Source: Candidatus Tenderia sp. (GTDB lineage Bacteria; Pseudomonadota; Gammaproteobacteria; Tenderiales; Tenderiaceae). From it: a DNA stretch of 46,984 bases. Both the position numbers and the translations under genes were made by a program. The stretch lies in contig JAYUTP010000058.1 of the NCBI GenBank assembly GCA_043755075.1, positions 1 to 46,984 on the forward strand, read 5' to 3'. The notes below the pieces were generated by a model. It made no database searches, was not told where the DNA came from, and saw only the letters and a program-made list of their open reading frames with translations. Positions 10,581 to 19,852 of this stretch are shown piece by piece (position 1 is the stretch's first letter; each line of letters starts with the position of its first letter).

Positions 10581-11893
10581 GCCATACCCCCATCCAAAAA
10601 GGCATCACCCTCAAGTATGTGAAAAACTTTAAATGCATCGGTCCAGACTGCCCGGATAACTGCTGTCATGGTTGGAATGTGGGCATGGAGCGTGGTACTT
10701 ATGAAGGACTGAAAAAGGTGCTGCCGCATAATCAATTTAAGTCCAACATCAGAAAAGAGGCAAAGAACAAAAGCGCTTACCATGCCGTCATCATGATGAG
10801 GGACAATGGCTCGTGCCCTTTTCTCGACACCTCCGACCTGCTCTGCAATATTCACAAACGATATGGCGAGTCTTATCTAAGCATTATCTGCCGCCAGTAC
10901 CCGCGACAGGTGTCGATGATTGGCGAGACCATTCAACTGGGGCTGACCCTCTCCTGCCCAGAGGCGGCGCGTCTCTGTCTGTTGGATGAGACTGCCGCTG
11001 AGCTGGTGGAGTTCGATGCGCAACCATTGCTGAAGCAGAACGTCAGTTTTTACCATTCACAATCAAACAGCCCCGCTAATCGCTACCTCAGTTATGTCAA
11101 CGACTTTCGGGAGGTCATGCTGCAACTGCTCTCGAATCAGAATATCCCCTTCGATAGCCGTCTCTTCATCGCACTCTACTTTGCCAGACAGGTATCAGAA
11201 TATGTCTACGATGGTGCCACCGAGATTGATGAGAGCAAAATAGTACATGAACTGGATTTGATGCTGACGCCAGGCTACATGGATGATCTGCACAGCGAAT
11301 TTGAATCACTGCCGCAATCGTCAGCGTTTTCCATGTCACTGCTTCAGACCATTATCATGGGGCGCATCAGCCACAAGGGCATTCTGTCGCAATTGATCCA
11401 AGCCATTCTCGAAGACAATGGCATACACATGGTATTCACAGCCAACAATATCGAGCTCACCGCCGACATTGATTTGAATCAAGCTTTTGAAATGATGCTC
11501 AGCCGCTATCAGCAACGGCGCGATCTTCTGCGCAATCGGTTTGGCGCAATCATTGATCAATACGTTGAGAACTACAGCAAGAACTTCTGGTTCAAGGATC
11601 TGTTCATAAAATCTCCTTCCCTATTCAGCCACATGCAGAACCTGATCGTGCGGATTGCGGTGGTGAAGTTTTTCTTCTTTTGCCACCCAGAGTTGAACTG
11701 TCTGGTCGAATCACCCGAGACCCTGTCACCTGAGGAGATAAAAACAACGCTGGATCAGGTGGCAATCAACTCTTTCTATCGCTTCTCTCGTGGTATCGAG
11801 CATGACCAAGAATTTCTGTCCAAGATCAACTCGGAACTTGGCAAGCAGGGGATGGATAGTTTCGCTCATCTGGTGCTGTTACTGAAGTTTTAG
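10577..11893 (+). CDS. FliB-like (flagellin lysine-N-methylase family) Cys-rich protein
   Basis: 438 aa. The N-terminus FKCIGPDCPDNCCHGW...GSCPFL...LCNIH...ICRQYPR matches the Cys-cluster pattern of FliB/YkgJ-type proteins. Confidence 0.65.
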   Translation: MSHTPIQKGITLKYVKNFKCIGPDCPDNCCHGWNVGMERGTYEGLKKVLPHNQFKSNIRKEAKNKSAYHAVIMMRDNGSCPFLDTSDLLCNIHKRYGESYLSIICRQYPRQVSMIGETIQLGLTLSCPEAARLCLLDETAAELVEFDAQPLLKQNVSFYHSQSNSPANRYLSYVNDFREVMLQLLSNQNIPFDSRLFIALYFARQVSEYVYDGATEIDESKIVHELDLMLTPGYMDDLHSEFESLPQSSAFSMSLLQTIIMGRISHKGILSQLIQAILEDNGIHMVFTANNIELTADIDLNQAFEMMLSRYQQRRDLLRNRFGAIIDQYVENYSKNFWFKDLFIKSPSLFSHMQNLIVRIAVVKFFFFCHPELNCLVESPETLSPEEIKTTLDQVAINSFYRFSRGIEHDQEFLSKINSELGKQGMDSFAHLVLLLKF

Positions 11894-12165
11894 GAGCCAA
11901 GGGTGGGCATGCCTTTTGTGCCCACTCGGTGAAAAAGCCCGGGAGCGCAAACAACGTACCTATTGTACCCTTTAGGGTGAGTCTGACCTGCATGGCATTA
12001 TTTTCTGCACGTTAAATCGAGAGTATTGGTCAAGTACAACAAGAAGACCGTGACTATGGTTACCGACGATGATCGACATCGAACTGCTTCACCTGGTTTT
12101 CTGAAAAATAGATAACCTCGACCACGAAGATCACCAGCCCTACAAAGAAGTACTCGCAGAGACAA

Positions 12166-12501
12166 TCACCGGCACGGTGCTACCACCCAACTCCCCGCAA
12201 GCGCTCCCAGACCATCCATCACCAGATCGCGCCAGCTCCAGCCTGTATGACGGATGTTTTCATCCACAACTTCCTTGGCAATCCCTGCACCTGACGACAC
12301 CACAAAACCAATACGAAATGCCTCACAATCGCTATGTTCGTGATTTTTGGCACTTTGCGCTGCGGCGGCAGCTATCAAGGCTGACACACCAAAATGGTGT
12401 GCTTTATCTGGCGTTGACCAACTGTCATTGCGCACCGAGATTGGTGCGCATCCGTTCATGAATAGCGTCGCAATCAAGAGTGCGTACTTAAGACACTGCA
12501 T
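12166..12501 (-). CDS. YfiM-like (DUF2279) small lipoprotein
   Basis: 111 aa with lipobox MNGC. DKAHHFGVSA ... KE..D ... GWSWRDLVMDGLGALAG resembles E. coli YfiM. Confidence 0.55.
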   Translation of the reverse strand: MQCLKYALLIATLFMNGCAPISVRNDSWSTPDKAHHFGVSALIAAAAAQSAKNHEHSDCEAFRIGFVVSSGAGIAKEVVDENIRHTGWSWRDLVMDGLGALAGSWVVAPCR

Positions 12502-12721
12502 AACTACCCCTTCTCACTATCAATTGTCTCTCTTCATTGGCCGTTCTCTTGCTGTTTATAGCATAGCCGTATTGAAGACCAACTCCCCTTAGCCCTCGTC
12601 TTATCTAATGCCTAAAACACGACGAGGAGCAGACTCGCCAAGTTAGGCTGATGCATCACAGCCATTTTTTCATCACTTAATAGCATTAAGAAGAGATGAA
12701 CAACCCTAATACATAGCCATA

Positions 12722-12747
12722 TACATACATTCATGTTTGTATATAAT
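12722..12747 (+). promoter_or_regulatory. AcrR/TetR-type operator overlapping a TATAAT -10 element upstream of the RND operon
   Basis: TACATACATTCATGTTTGTATATA is an imperfect palindrome. Its left half TACATACATT equals the left half of the E. coli AcrR operator as I recall it. TATAAT lies at 12742-12747, ~45 nt before the ATG. Confidence 0.5.
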
Positions 12748-12788
12748 GCCTGCTATTCACCCATTACCTGTCGATCGGGAGCCTTTTT

Positions 12789-14000
12789 ATGACACTCTTT
12801 GCCCATCCATTTTTCTTGCCCCGTATTAACCAATTGCGGTTCGTGGCAGGTACGGCTGCTTTGCTGTTACTGCTTGGCGGTTGCAGCAAGAGCGATCAGG
12901 CTACAGCTCCAGCGGGTACGGACAAGGGGGGAGCGATGCCGCCGATGCCGGTGACCGTGATTGAGGTACAGAGTGAGCGTGTTCCCATCCTCATTCAGGC
13001 AGTGGGTCAGACGGCAGGCTCAAAAAATGTTGAAGTGCACGCCCGTGTCTCCGGTATTTTGCTGCAACAGCATTACACCGAGGGCGACCGGGTCAAGGCT
13101 GGGGCGACGCTCTTCACTATTGATCGCGCCCCGTTTGAGATTGCCCTAGCGCAGGCTCAGGCGGCACTGGCGCAGGACAAGGCCAATCTGGAACGAGCAC
13201 AGCGCGAGGCGGCGCGACTCAAGCCGCTGGTGGATGAGAAGGCGATCAGCAGCCGCGAACTTGACGATGCCAACACGACGCTGCAATCGGCGCTGGCGTC
13301 ACAGCAGGTGAATGAAGCGCGACTGCGTGACGCCGAGCTGAATATCTCTTACACCAATGTCACGGCACCGATCTCCGGCGTGACTGAGCGTGCGCAGTTC
13401 TCTCAGGGCACCCTAGTTGCCGCCGGCACCCCATCCAGCTTGCTAACGACCATTCACATCATTGATCCAATGTGGGTGCGTTTCTCCTTCTCCGAGAGCG
13501 AGGCCATGCAGCTACGCAAGGCCAAAGGCAGTCGTGAAATAACGCTGGTACTGGCCGATGGCAGCCGCTATGAGGCCAAAGGCAATATCAATTTTTCAGC
13601 CTCGACGGTGGACAGTAGAACCGGTTTGGTGGAGATGCGTGCCGAGTTCCCTAATCCCGATCAGTTGTTGCTGCCCGGGCAGTTTGTCCGCGTTCAAGTA
13701 TCCATGGGGGAGCGCGAGGCTTATCTAATCCCACAAGCGGCGCTGGCACAAACCGACCAAGGCAATCTGCTTTTTACCGTTGCACCTGATAACACCGTAG
13801 CACCGCGCCCGGTAGAGACCGATGGCTGGTCCGGGCATAACTGGGTGGTGACCAAAGGGCTGGCACCGGGCGACAAGGTGATCATTGATAACTTGATGAA
13901 GCTACGCCCTGGTGCAGCAGTAATGCCGCACGCCCCGGGTGAGATGCCTGCCGAGCCGATGGGTGGTGATAACAAAGCTGCCGCTGGTGCCAAGCACTAA
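12789..14000 (+). CDS. RND efflux periplasmic adaptor (AcrA/MexA family) lipoprotein
   Basis: 403 aa with lipobox LGGC, a coiled-coil hairpin region and the ISYTNVTAPISG lipoyl-like motif. Confidence 0.93.
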   Translation: MTLFAHPFFLPRINQLRFVAGTAALLLLLGGCSKSDQATAPAGTDKGGAMPPMPVTVIEVQSERVPILIQAVGQTAGSKNVEVHARVSGILLQQHYTEGDRVKAGATLFTIDRAPFEIALAQAQAALAQDKANLERAQREAARLKPLVDEKAISSRELDDANTTLQSALASQQVNEARLRDAELNISYTNVTAPISGVTERAQFSQGTLVAAGTPSSLLTTIHIIDPMWVRFSFSESEAMQLRKAKGSREITLVLADGSRYEAKGNINFSASTVDSRTGLVEMRAEFPNPDQLLLPGQFVRVQVSMGEREAYLIPQAALAQTDQGNLLFTVAPDNTVAPRPVETDGWSGHNWVVTKGLAPGDKVIIDNLMKLRPGAAVMPHAPGEMPAEPMGGDNKAAAGAKH

Positions 14001-14044
14001 ACATCCCTGTTAATTCAGCGTCGCAACAGAGCGAACCCCATGCC

Positions 14045-17000
14045 ATGATGTCAAAATTTTTTATAGAACGCCCCATCTTCGCCACCGTGCTGGCCATCAT
14101 CCTGGTGTTGGCGGGATTAGTTTCGGCCAATATTCTGCCGATTGCTCAGTATCCCGAAATCGCACCGCCGACGGTAACGATTACCGCCGTCTATCCCGGT
14201 GCTTCGGCAGAGACACTGGCCAAGACGGTGGCAGCCCCCATCGAACAGCAGCTCTCGGGTGTCGAGGGGATGCTCTACTTCAACTCGACGGCCGCCTCCA
14301 ATGGCACACTCTCAATCACCGCGACCTTTGAAGTCGGCACCGATGTAGATAAGGCCACCTTCAATGTCAATAACCGCGTGCAACTGGCAACACCACGCCT
14401 ACCTGAAGAGGTGCGGCGCAACGGCATAACCGTGGAAAAACGGTCGCAGAATATTCTCTTGGTAGTGGCGCTCAATTCACCCAAGAGCACCTATGACATG
14501 CTCTATCTGTCCAATTATGCCAGCCTCAACATCGTCGATGAGCTTAAACACATCCCCGGCACAGCGGATGTGATGATCTTTGGCGCACGGGATTATTCGA
14601 TGCGCATCTGGCTTAAACCCGATCGGATGGCCCAGCTCGGCCTCACCACCGGCGACATCACCAACGCCATCAACTCGCAAAACGCCCAATACGCCGCTGG
14701 CAAAATAGGCGCTGATCCGGCACCCAAAGGGCAACAACTGGTTTACACCGTCACTACGCGCGGCCGCATGCTGCAACCGGAGGAGTTTGGCAATATCATC
14801 CTCCGCTCCAACGGCCCCAAAGGAGTATTGCGTCTCAAGGATGTGGCGCGCATCGAACTCGGTGCCCAGAGCTATGACCAAGCCAACAGCGTTAACGGCC
14901 AACCAGCGATTGCGGTAGCAGTGTTCCTCCAGTCTGGTGCCAATGCTCTTGATGTCGCCGATGCCGTCAGGGAGACGATGGCAACGTTGAAACAGGATCA
15001 GTTCCCCGAGGATGTCGACTATCTGATCCCCTATGACACCACACGCTTCGTCGCCGCCTCGATCCGCGAGGTAACGCACACGCTGGCCGAGGCCGCTGTG
15101 ATCGTACTGCTGGTGGTATTTGTCTTCCTGCAAAGCTGGCGCGCCACCTTGATTCCAATGATTGCCGTGCCGGTGTCGTTGATCGGCACCTTTGCTGGGT
15201 TGTGGCTGTTTGGGTTTTCCATCAACACTCTCACCCTCTTCGCCATGGTGCTGGCGGTCGGCATCGTGGTCGATGACGCCATTGTGGTACTGGAAAACGT
15301 CGAACGACTAATTCGTGAGCAGAAACTCAAACCCTTCGATGCGGCGGTCGAGGCGATGCGCGAGGTGCAGAATGCCGTCATTGGTATCGTGCTAGCGCTG
15401 GTGGCGGTCTTCATCCCCGTCGCCTTCTTGGGCGGCATCGCTGGCCAGCTCTACCGTCAGTTTGCGGTAACGGTGGCGATTGCCGTGGTGCTCTCCGGCA
15501 TTGTGGCACTGACGCTGACGCCAGCCCTCTGCGCGCTACTGCTCAAGCCACATTCAGAGGAGGGACATGAACCCAATAAATTTTTCAAACTCTTCAATCG
15601 CAGCTTTCAGTGGATCACGCAACACTTCCTCGGTGCCGTGACGCTGGCGTTAAAATGGCGGATTGCCGCACTGGCGCTCTTCGCGTTGCTGCTGGTTGGC
15701 GTCACCTTTCTCTTTCTGCGCATCCCCGGTGGTTTTGTACCGCCTGAAGACCAGGGCTACATCATCACTGCCGTGCAACTACCCGATGGCGCCACCCTCG
15801 AACGCACCACTAATACCACCACCCAGCTACGCAACATGATGCTTGGCAATGAAGCGATCGAAAATATTTTCATCGTCAACGGTTTTGACCTCATCAGCGG
15901 CAGCAATAAAACCAACGCCGCCACCATCTTCATGCCACTGAAGCCTTGGGAGGATCGCCAACAGACGGCCCAGCAATTGACCCAGGAGGTAAGTGGTAAG
16001 GGCTTCATGCTGACAGATGGCATCGCCTTCGCGTTTAATCCGCCAGCGATCCGTGGCCTCGGCGCCACTGGCGGTTTCGAAATCTATGTGCGTGGCCGCA
16101 GCGATCCCGATCCGCAACGGCTGGCGCAGGTAACCAACGACTTTATCGCCGCGCTTGGCAATCACCCGGTACTGGAGGGGTTGCGCACTTTCTACCGGCC
16201 CACCGTGCCGCAGCTGCAGGTAGATGTTGATCGTGAAAAAGCGCTGGCCTTAGGTGTGCCGGTGAACGATCTCTTTACCGCACTACAGGCGCAGATGGGG
16301 TCACTCTACGTCAACGACTTCAACAAGTCAGGCCGCACCTATCGCGTCACCATTCAGGCTGACGCCCAGTACCGTTCTAGTCCGGAAGACCTCGGTAACA
16401 TTTATGTACGCTCGACAACGACCAACACCATGATCCCGCTCAAGGCACTAATCAAGGTGACGAAGGTCATTGGTCCAGAGCAACTGGAACGTTATAACGG
16501 CTATATCGCCGCCAAGGTCTTTGGCAGCGCCAAGGCTGGGTTCAGCTCCGGCGATGCGATTGCCGCGGTTGAACAGGTGGCCAAGGAGAACTTGCCGAAA
16601 GGCTATGACATCGAATGGACCGGCCAAGCATTCCAAGAGAAACGTACCGGCAGTGCCTCGGTCTTTGCCTTCGGCTTTGCCCTGATCATGGTCTACCTGA
16701 TCCTGGCGGCGCTCTATGAACGTTGGGGTGTGCCGGTGGCGGTTCTGTTAGCGGTGCCATTTGCGGTGGGCGGAGCATTGGGCTTTGTCTATCTGCGCGG
16801 TCTCGACAATGACATCTACTTCCAGATCGGACTGATCGTACTGATCGGTCTGGCGGCAAAAAACGCCATCCTAATCGCGGAGTTCGCTATGCAAGGCATG
16901 GAAGAGGGGATGAACTCCATCGATGCGGCGCTGGAGGCGGCACGGCTGCGCTTCCGCCCCATCGTCATGACCTCCCTCGCCTTCGTCTTTGGCGTGTTGC

Positions 17001-17200
17001 CACTGGTCTTTGCCACTGGTGCCGGTGCGGCAGCGCGACAGTCGATGGGCAGCGGCGTGTTTGGCGGCATGATCGTCGCCACCTTCATCGCGCCGATCTT
17101 TGTACCGCTCTTCTTCTCACTGCTGGCACGCACGCCACGTCCCTCGCATCAGCCACATAAAACGCAACCTGTGACCACAACGCAGGAGGATAAAACATGA
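14045..17200 (+). CDS. RND multidrug efflux permease (AcrB/MexB family)
   Basis: 1051 aa starting (M)MSKFFIERPIFA, with 12 TM segments and two large periplasmic loops. The start may be the second ATG at 14048. Confidence 0.96.
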   Translation: MMSKFFIERPIFATVLAIILVLAGLVSANILPIAQYPEIAPPTVTITAVYPGASAETLAKTVAAPIEQQLSGVEGMLYFNSTAASNGTLSITATFEVGTDVDKATFNVNNRVQLATPRLPEEVRRNGITVEKRSQNILLVVALNSPKSTYDMLYLSNYASLNIVDELKHIPGTADVMIFGARDYSMRIWLKPDRMAQLGLTTGDITNAINSQNAQYAAGKIGADPAPKGQQLVYTVTTRGRMLQPEEFGNIILRSNGPKGVLRLKDVARIELGAQSYDQANSVNGQPAIAVAVFLQSGANALDVADAVRETMATLKQDQFPEDVDYLIPYDTTRFVAASIREVTHTLAEAAVIVLLVVFVFLQSWRATLIPMIAVPVSLIGTFAGLWLFGFSINTLTLFAMVLAVGIVVDDAIVVLENVERLIREQKLKPFDAAVEAMREVQNAVIGIVLALVAVFIPVAFLGGIAGQLYRQFAVTVAIAVVLSGIVALTLTPALCALLLKPHSEEGHEPNKFFKLFNRSFQWITQHFLGAVTLALKWRIAALALFALLLVGVTFLFLRIPGGFVPPEDQGYIITAVQLPDGATLERTTNTTTQLRNMMLGNEAIENIFIVNGFDLISGSNKTNAATIFMPLKPWEDRQQTAQQLTQEVSGKGFMLTDGIAFAFNPPAIRGLGATGGFEIYVRGRSDPDPQRLAQVTNDFIAALGNHPVLEGLRTFYRPTVPQLQVDVDREKALALGVPVNDLFTALQAQMGSLYVNDFNKSGRTYRVTIQADAQYRSSPEDLGNIYVRSTTTNTMIPLKALIKVTKVIGPEQLERYNGYIAAKVFGSAKAGFSSGDAIAAVEQVAKENLPKGYDIEWTGQAFQEKRTGSASVFAFGFALIMVYLILAALYERWGVPVAVLLAVPFAVGGALGFVYLRGLDNDIYFQIGLIVLIGLAAKNAILIAEFAMQGMEEGMNSIDAALEAARLRFRPIVMTSLAFVFGVLPLVFATGAGAAARQSMGSGVFGGMIVATFIAPIFVPLFFSLLARTPRPSHQPHKTQPVTTTQEDKT

Positions 17201-18630
17201 AGACGCAATGCTCAAAAAGGCTCGGCGTAGTGACGTTGCTGATATTGCTCGGCGGTTGTACGCTCGGCCCCGATTACCAGCGCCCCACTGTCGCCCTGCC
17301 AACGGCGTACACCGAAGGGACACAGCAGAACGATGCTGCCGAGATGATCCGTCGCGACTGGTGGAAACTCTACAACGATGCCACGCTCAATCAGCTGGTT
17401 GAAACCGCACTGCACAACAACAGAGATCTACAGCGGGCGGTGGCACAGATTGACGAGGCCGTGGCCGTGCTGGATGCAACCGGCGCCAGCCTGTTGCCGC
17501 AGATCGATCTCGATGGCACCAGCAGCCGCTCACGCTCCAGCGCTCTGAATGCACAACCACTGACCACAGGTACGCCGCTCATTTCCAACTCCAACAGAGT
17601 GGCGCTATCCACCTCCTTTGAAATCGATTTATGGGGCAAACTCAAACGTGCCACCGAGGGTGCTCGCGCCCAGATGCTCGGCAGCCGTTACGCCCATGAC
17701 GTGGTGGCACTCACCCTCGCAGGCACCATCAGCCAGGCCTATTTCACACTGCGTTCACTGGATGCCCAGATCGCCATCAGCCAACGGACACTTGCGGCTC
17801 GCGACGAAGCACTGAGCGTGATAAAGAGTCGTGCCAAAGGAGGGATCGCCTCGGAACTGGATATCAATCAGGCCCAAGTGGCGCGCAGCGATGTTTCATT
17901 GCAGCTGCGTGAACTGCAACGGCAACGAACGTTGATGGAACACCAGCTAGCCTTAATCAGCGGCAAGCCCGATCTCAAGATCGCTACTGCGCCAAAAAAC
18001 CCATTGCCAACAGCGACACCCCCCGTCGGCCTCCCCTCGACACTGATTGAACACCGTCCCGACGTGCAACAGGCGGAGCAGACGTTGATCGCCGCTAACG
18101 CCAGAATTGGTTATACCCAAGCGGCACAGCTGCCCACCTTCTCCCTCACCGGCAACTTTGGCGGCCAGAGCAAAGAGCTGGGCGACGTACTCAACAGCGG
18201 TGCGCGAATCTGGTCACTCGGCCTGGGTGCCACTTTGCCTCTCTTCGATGCCGGAAAAAATTCGGCACGTAGTCGCGGGGCTGAAGCGGTACAACGTCAG
18301 GCGCTGGCAAGCTACCAAAAGGCGGTCGAGAATGCTTTTAAAGAAGTAGCCGATGCACTCACCAATATCGAACAGAGCAGCGCCTCAGTAATCGACCTGC
18401 AAACCAAAACCGACGCCGCCCGCAACGCCCTGCGCCTGTCACAACTGCGCTACGATGCCGGTTACTCAAGCTACCTTGAAGTGCTCGATGCGCAGCGTAT
18501 TACCAACAGTGCTGAGCAGGGGCTGCTGCAAAATCAGCAGGCACAACTGCTCTACAGCATCGATTTAATGAAGGCGCTGGGTGGCGGCTGGTCCACCGAA
18601 AGTGCCGTACCGCTGGCACAGGCTAACTGA
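17197..18630 (+). CDS. Outer membrane efflux lipoprotein (NodT/OprM family)
   Basis: 477 aa. The ATG overlaps the pump stop (ATGA). Lipobox LGGC, followed by GPDYQRP and the duplicated OEP repeat. Confidence 0.93.
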   Translation: MKTQCSKRLGVVTLLILLGGCTLGPDYQRPTVALPTAYTEGTQQNDAAEMIRRDWWKLYNDATLNQLVETALHNNRDLQRAVAQIDEAVAVLDATGASLLPQIDLDGTSSRSRSSALNAQPLTTGTPLISNSNRVALSTSFEIDLWGKLKRATEGARAQMLGSRYAHDVVALTLAGTISQAYFTLRSLDAQIAISQRTLAARDEALSVIKSRAKGGIASELDINQAQVARSDVSLQLRELQRQRTLMEHQLALISGKPDLKIATAPKNPLPTATPPVGLPSTLIEHRPDVQQAEQTLIAANARIGYTQAAQLPTFSLTGNFGGQSKELGDVLNSGARIWSLGLGATLPLFDAGKNSARSRGAEAVQRQALASYQKAVENAFKEVADALTNIEQSSASVIDLQTKTDAARNALRLSQLRYDAGYSSYLEVLDAQRITNSAEQGLLQNQQAQLLYSIDLMKALGGGWSTESAVPLAQAN

Positions 18631-18643
18631 GTCAATTCTCTTT

Positions 18644-19270
18644 ATGGTACGCAAAAACAAAACCGAAACCGAACAGACGCGACAAGAGATTATCGCGGCG
18701 GCACGCAAGATATTTGCCGTGCGTGGCGTCAGTCGCACTACGCTGGAATTGATCGCCCGGGAGGCGGGTGTCACCCGTGGCGCCATCTACTGGCACTTCA
18801 AAAACAAACCCGACCTCTTCTTCGCCATGATGGAACAGGTCTCGCTACCGCTCATCCACCGCATCGATGAAGCATTGCCCGCCACCGCCCCCGGCGACCC
18901 ACTCAGCAGCGTTCAAGCCAGCATGATCGAAATCGTACGCCTACTGAAGGAAGACGAGATCGCTCGCACCACCTTCGAAATCGTCGTCCTCAAATGCGAA
19001 TACGTCGATGAGTTTGCCTCGCTCGACAGCCGTGTTATCAATACCGGCTGCAACTTCATGGAGATACTCACCCGCGCCTATGAAAATGCCAGAAAAAAAG
19101 GCGTGCTACGCATCGATCTAGACCCCGCCCTCTGCGCCCTCGACAGTTACACCTTCATCAAGGGGCTGGTTCGCCTCTGGCTCTCCGACATCGACGGCAC
19201 CATCATCCGTAACAAAGCGGCCCTGTTGATCGAAAACCATGTCGCTATGCGTTACAAAACATCACGCTGA
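18644..19270 (+). CDS. TetR/AcrR-family transcriptional repressor
   Basis: Internal ATG 18644 of ORF 18581..19270. The HTH is TTLELIAREAGVTRGAIYWHFKNK. It sits 3' of the efflux operon on the same strand. Confidence 0.9.
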   Translation: MVRKNKTETEQTRQEIIAAARKIFAVRGVSRTTLELIAREAGVTRGAIYWHFKNKPDLFFAMMEQVSLPLIHRIDEALPATAPGDPLSSVQASMIEIVRLLKEDEIARTTFEIVVLKCEYVDEFASLDSRVINTGCNFMEILTRAYENARKKGVLRIDLDPALCALDSYTFIKGLVRLWLSDIDGTIIRNKAALLIENHVAMRYKTSR

Positions 19271-19277
19271 TAGGCAC

Positions 19278-19766
19278 TTAACGCCCCATCTGACCCGCCA
19301 ATCCAGAGAGGTCTATCGCCCCCTCTTCAATAAAGGGCAGATTCATGGAAGGCCGTGAGAGATGGGCGCTACCGGTGAGTTTGTAACTCACTGAAACTAT
19401 TTTACCCGAGGCAATATCATTGAGCTGACCAAGCAATCCGGAGAGCGTGCTGACAGCGTCGATCTCCATCAACGCCGAACCAAAGCGTGGCACTGTGACT
19501 GACTTGCCACTGACGGCCGTGACAAATTTTTTGCCGTTGAGGTCGAGCTGCATCTGCATACCATCAATGGGCAGATCAAAATTATTCGGATTTTGCACAC
19601 GCAACTCAACGCGGAAGCGCTGTTGTAGCAACCCCGACTCGACCAGCGTAATACCAACAACGCTGACCTCAGGCCGTTCCGGCTTAGTGAGCATGCCCGA
19701 GCACCCTGCCAATACCAGCAAAATCATGGCCAGTGACCAGCCAGTTATCACTCTTTGAATCTTCAT
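19278..19766 (-). CDS. LEA type-2 (LEA14/NDR1-like) family lipoprotein
   Basis: 162 aa with lipobox LAGC. RFRVELRVQNPNNFDLPIDGMQMQLDLNG is the typical LEA_2 beta-sandwich motif. Confidence 0.7.
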   Translation of the reverse strand: MKIQRVITGWSLAMILLVLAGCSGMLTKPERPEVSVVGITLVESGLLQQRFRVELRVQNPNNFDLPIDGMQMQLDLNGKKFVTAVSGKSVTVPRFGSALMEIDAVSTLSGLLGQLNDIASGKIVSVSYKLTGSAHLSRPSMNLPFIEEGAIDLSGLAGQMGR

Positions 19767-19852
19767 TGTTATACTCCTTAAACCATTACGTTTACCATTT
19801 ACTACTATGATACCGCCCTTCTCGTCTGCTGTAGCCGGTATAATACGCCGCT

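Noticed and set aside
14477-15133. Long antisense or alternative-frame ORFs inside large genes, e.g. 14477..15133, 15031..15438, 20057..20779, 24506..24997, 25982..26389, 32775..33452 and 28382..28834.
   Set aside because: They lie fully inside well-supported CDSs with strong family signatures. They have Arg/Gly/Ala-rich compositions typical of off-frame translation and no RBS or recognisable motifs.
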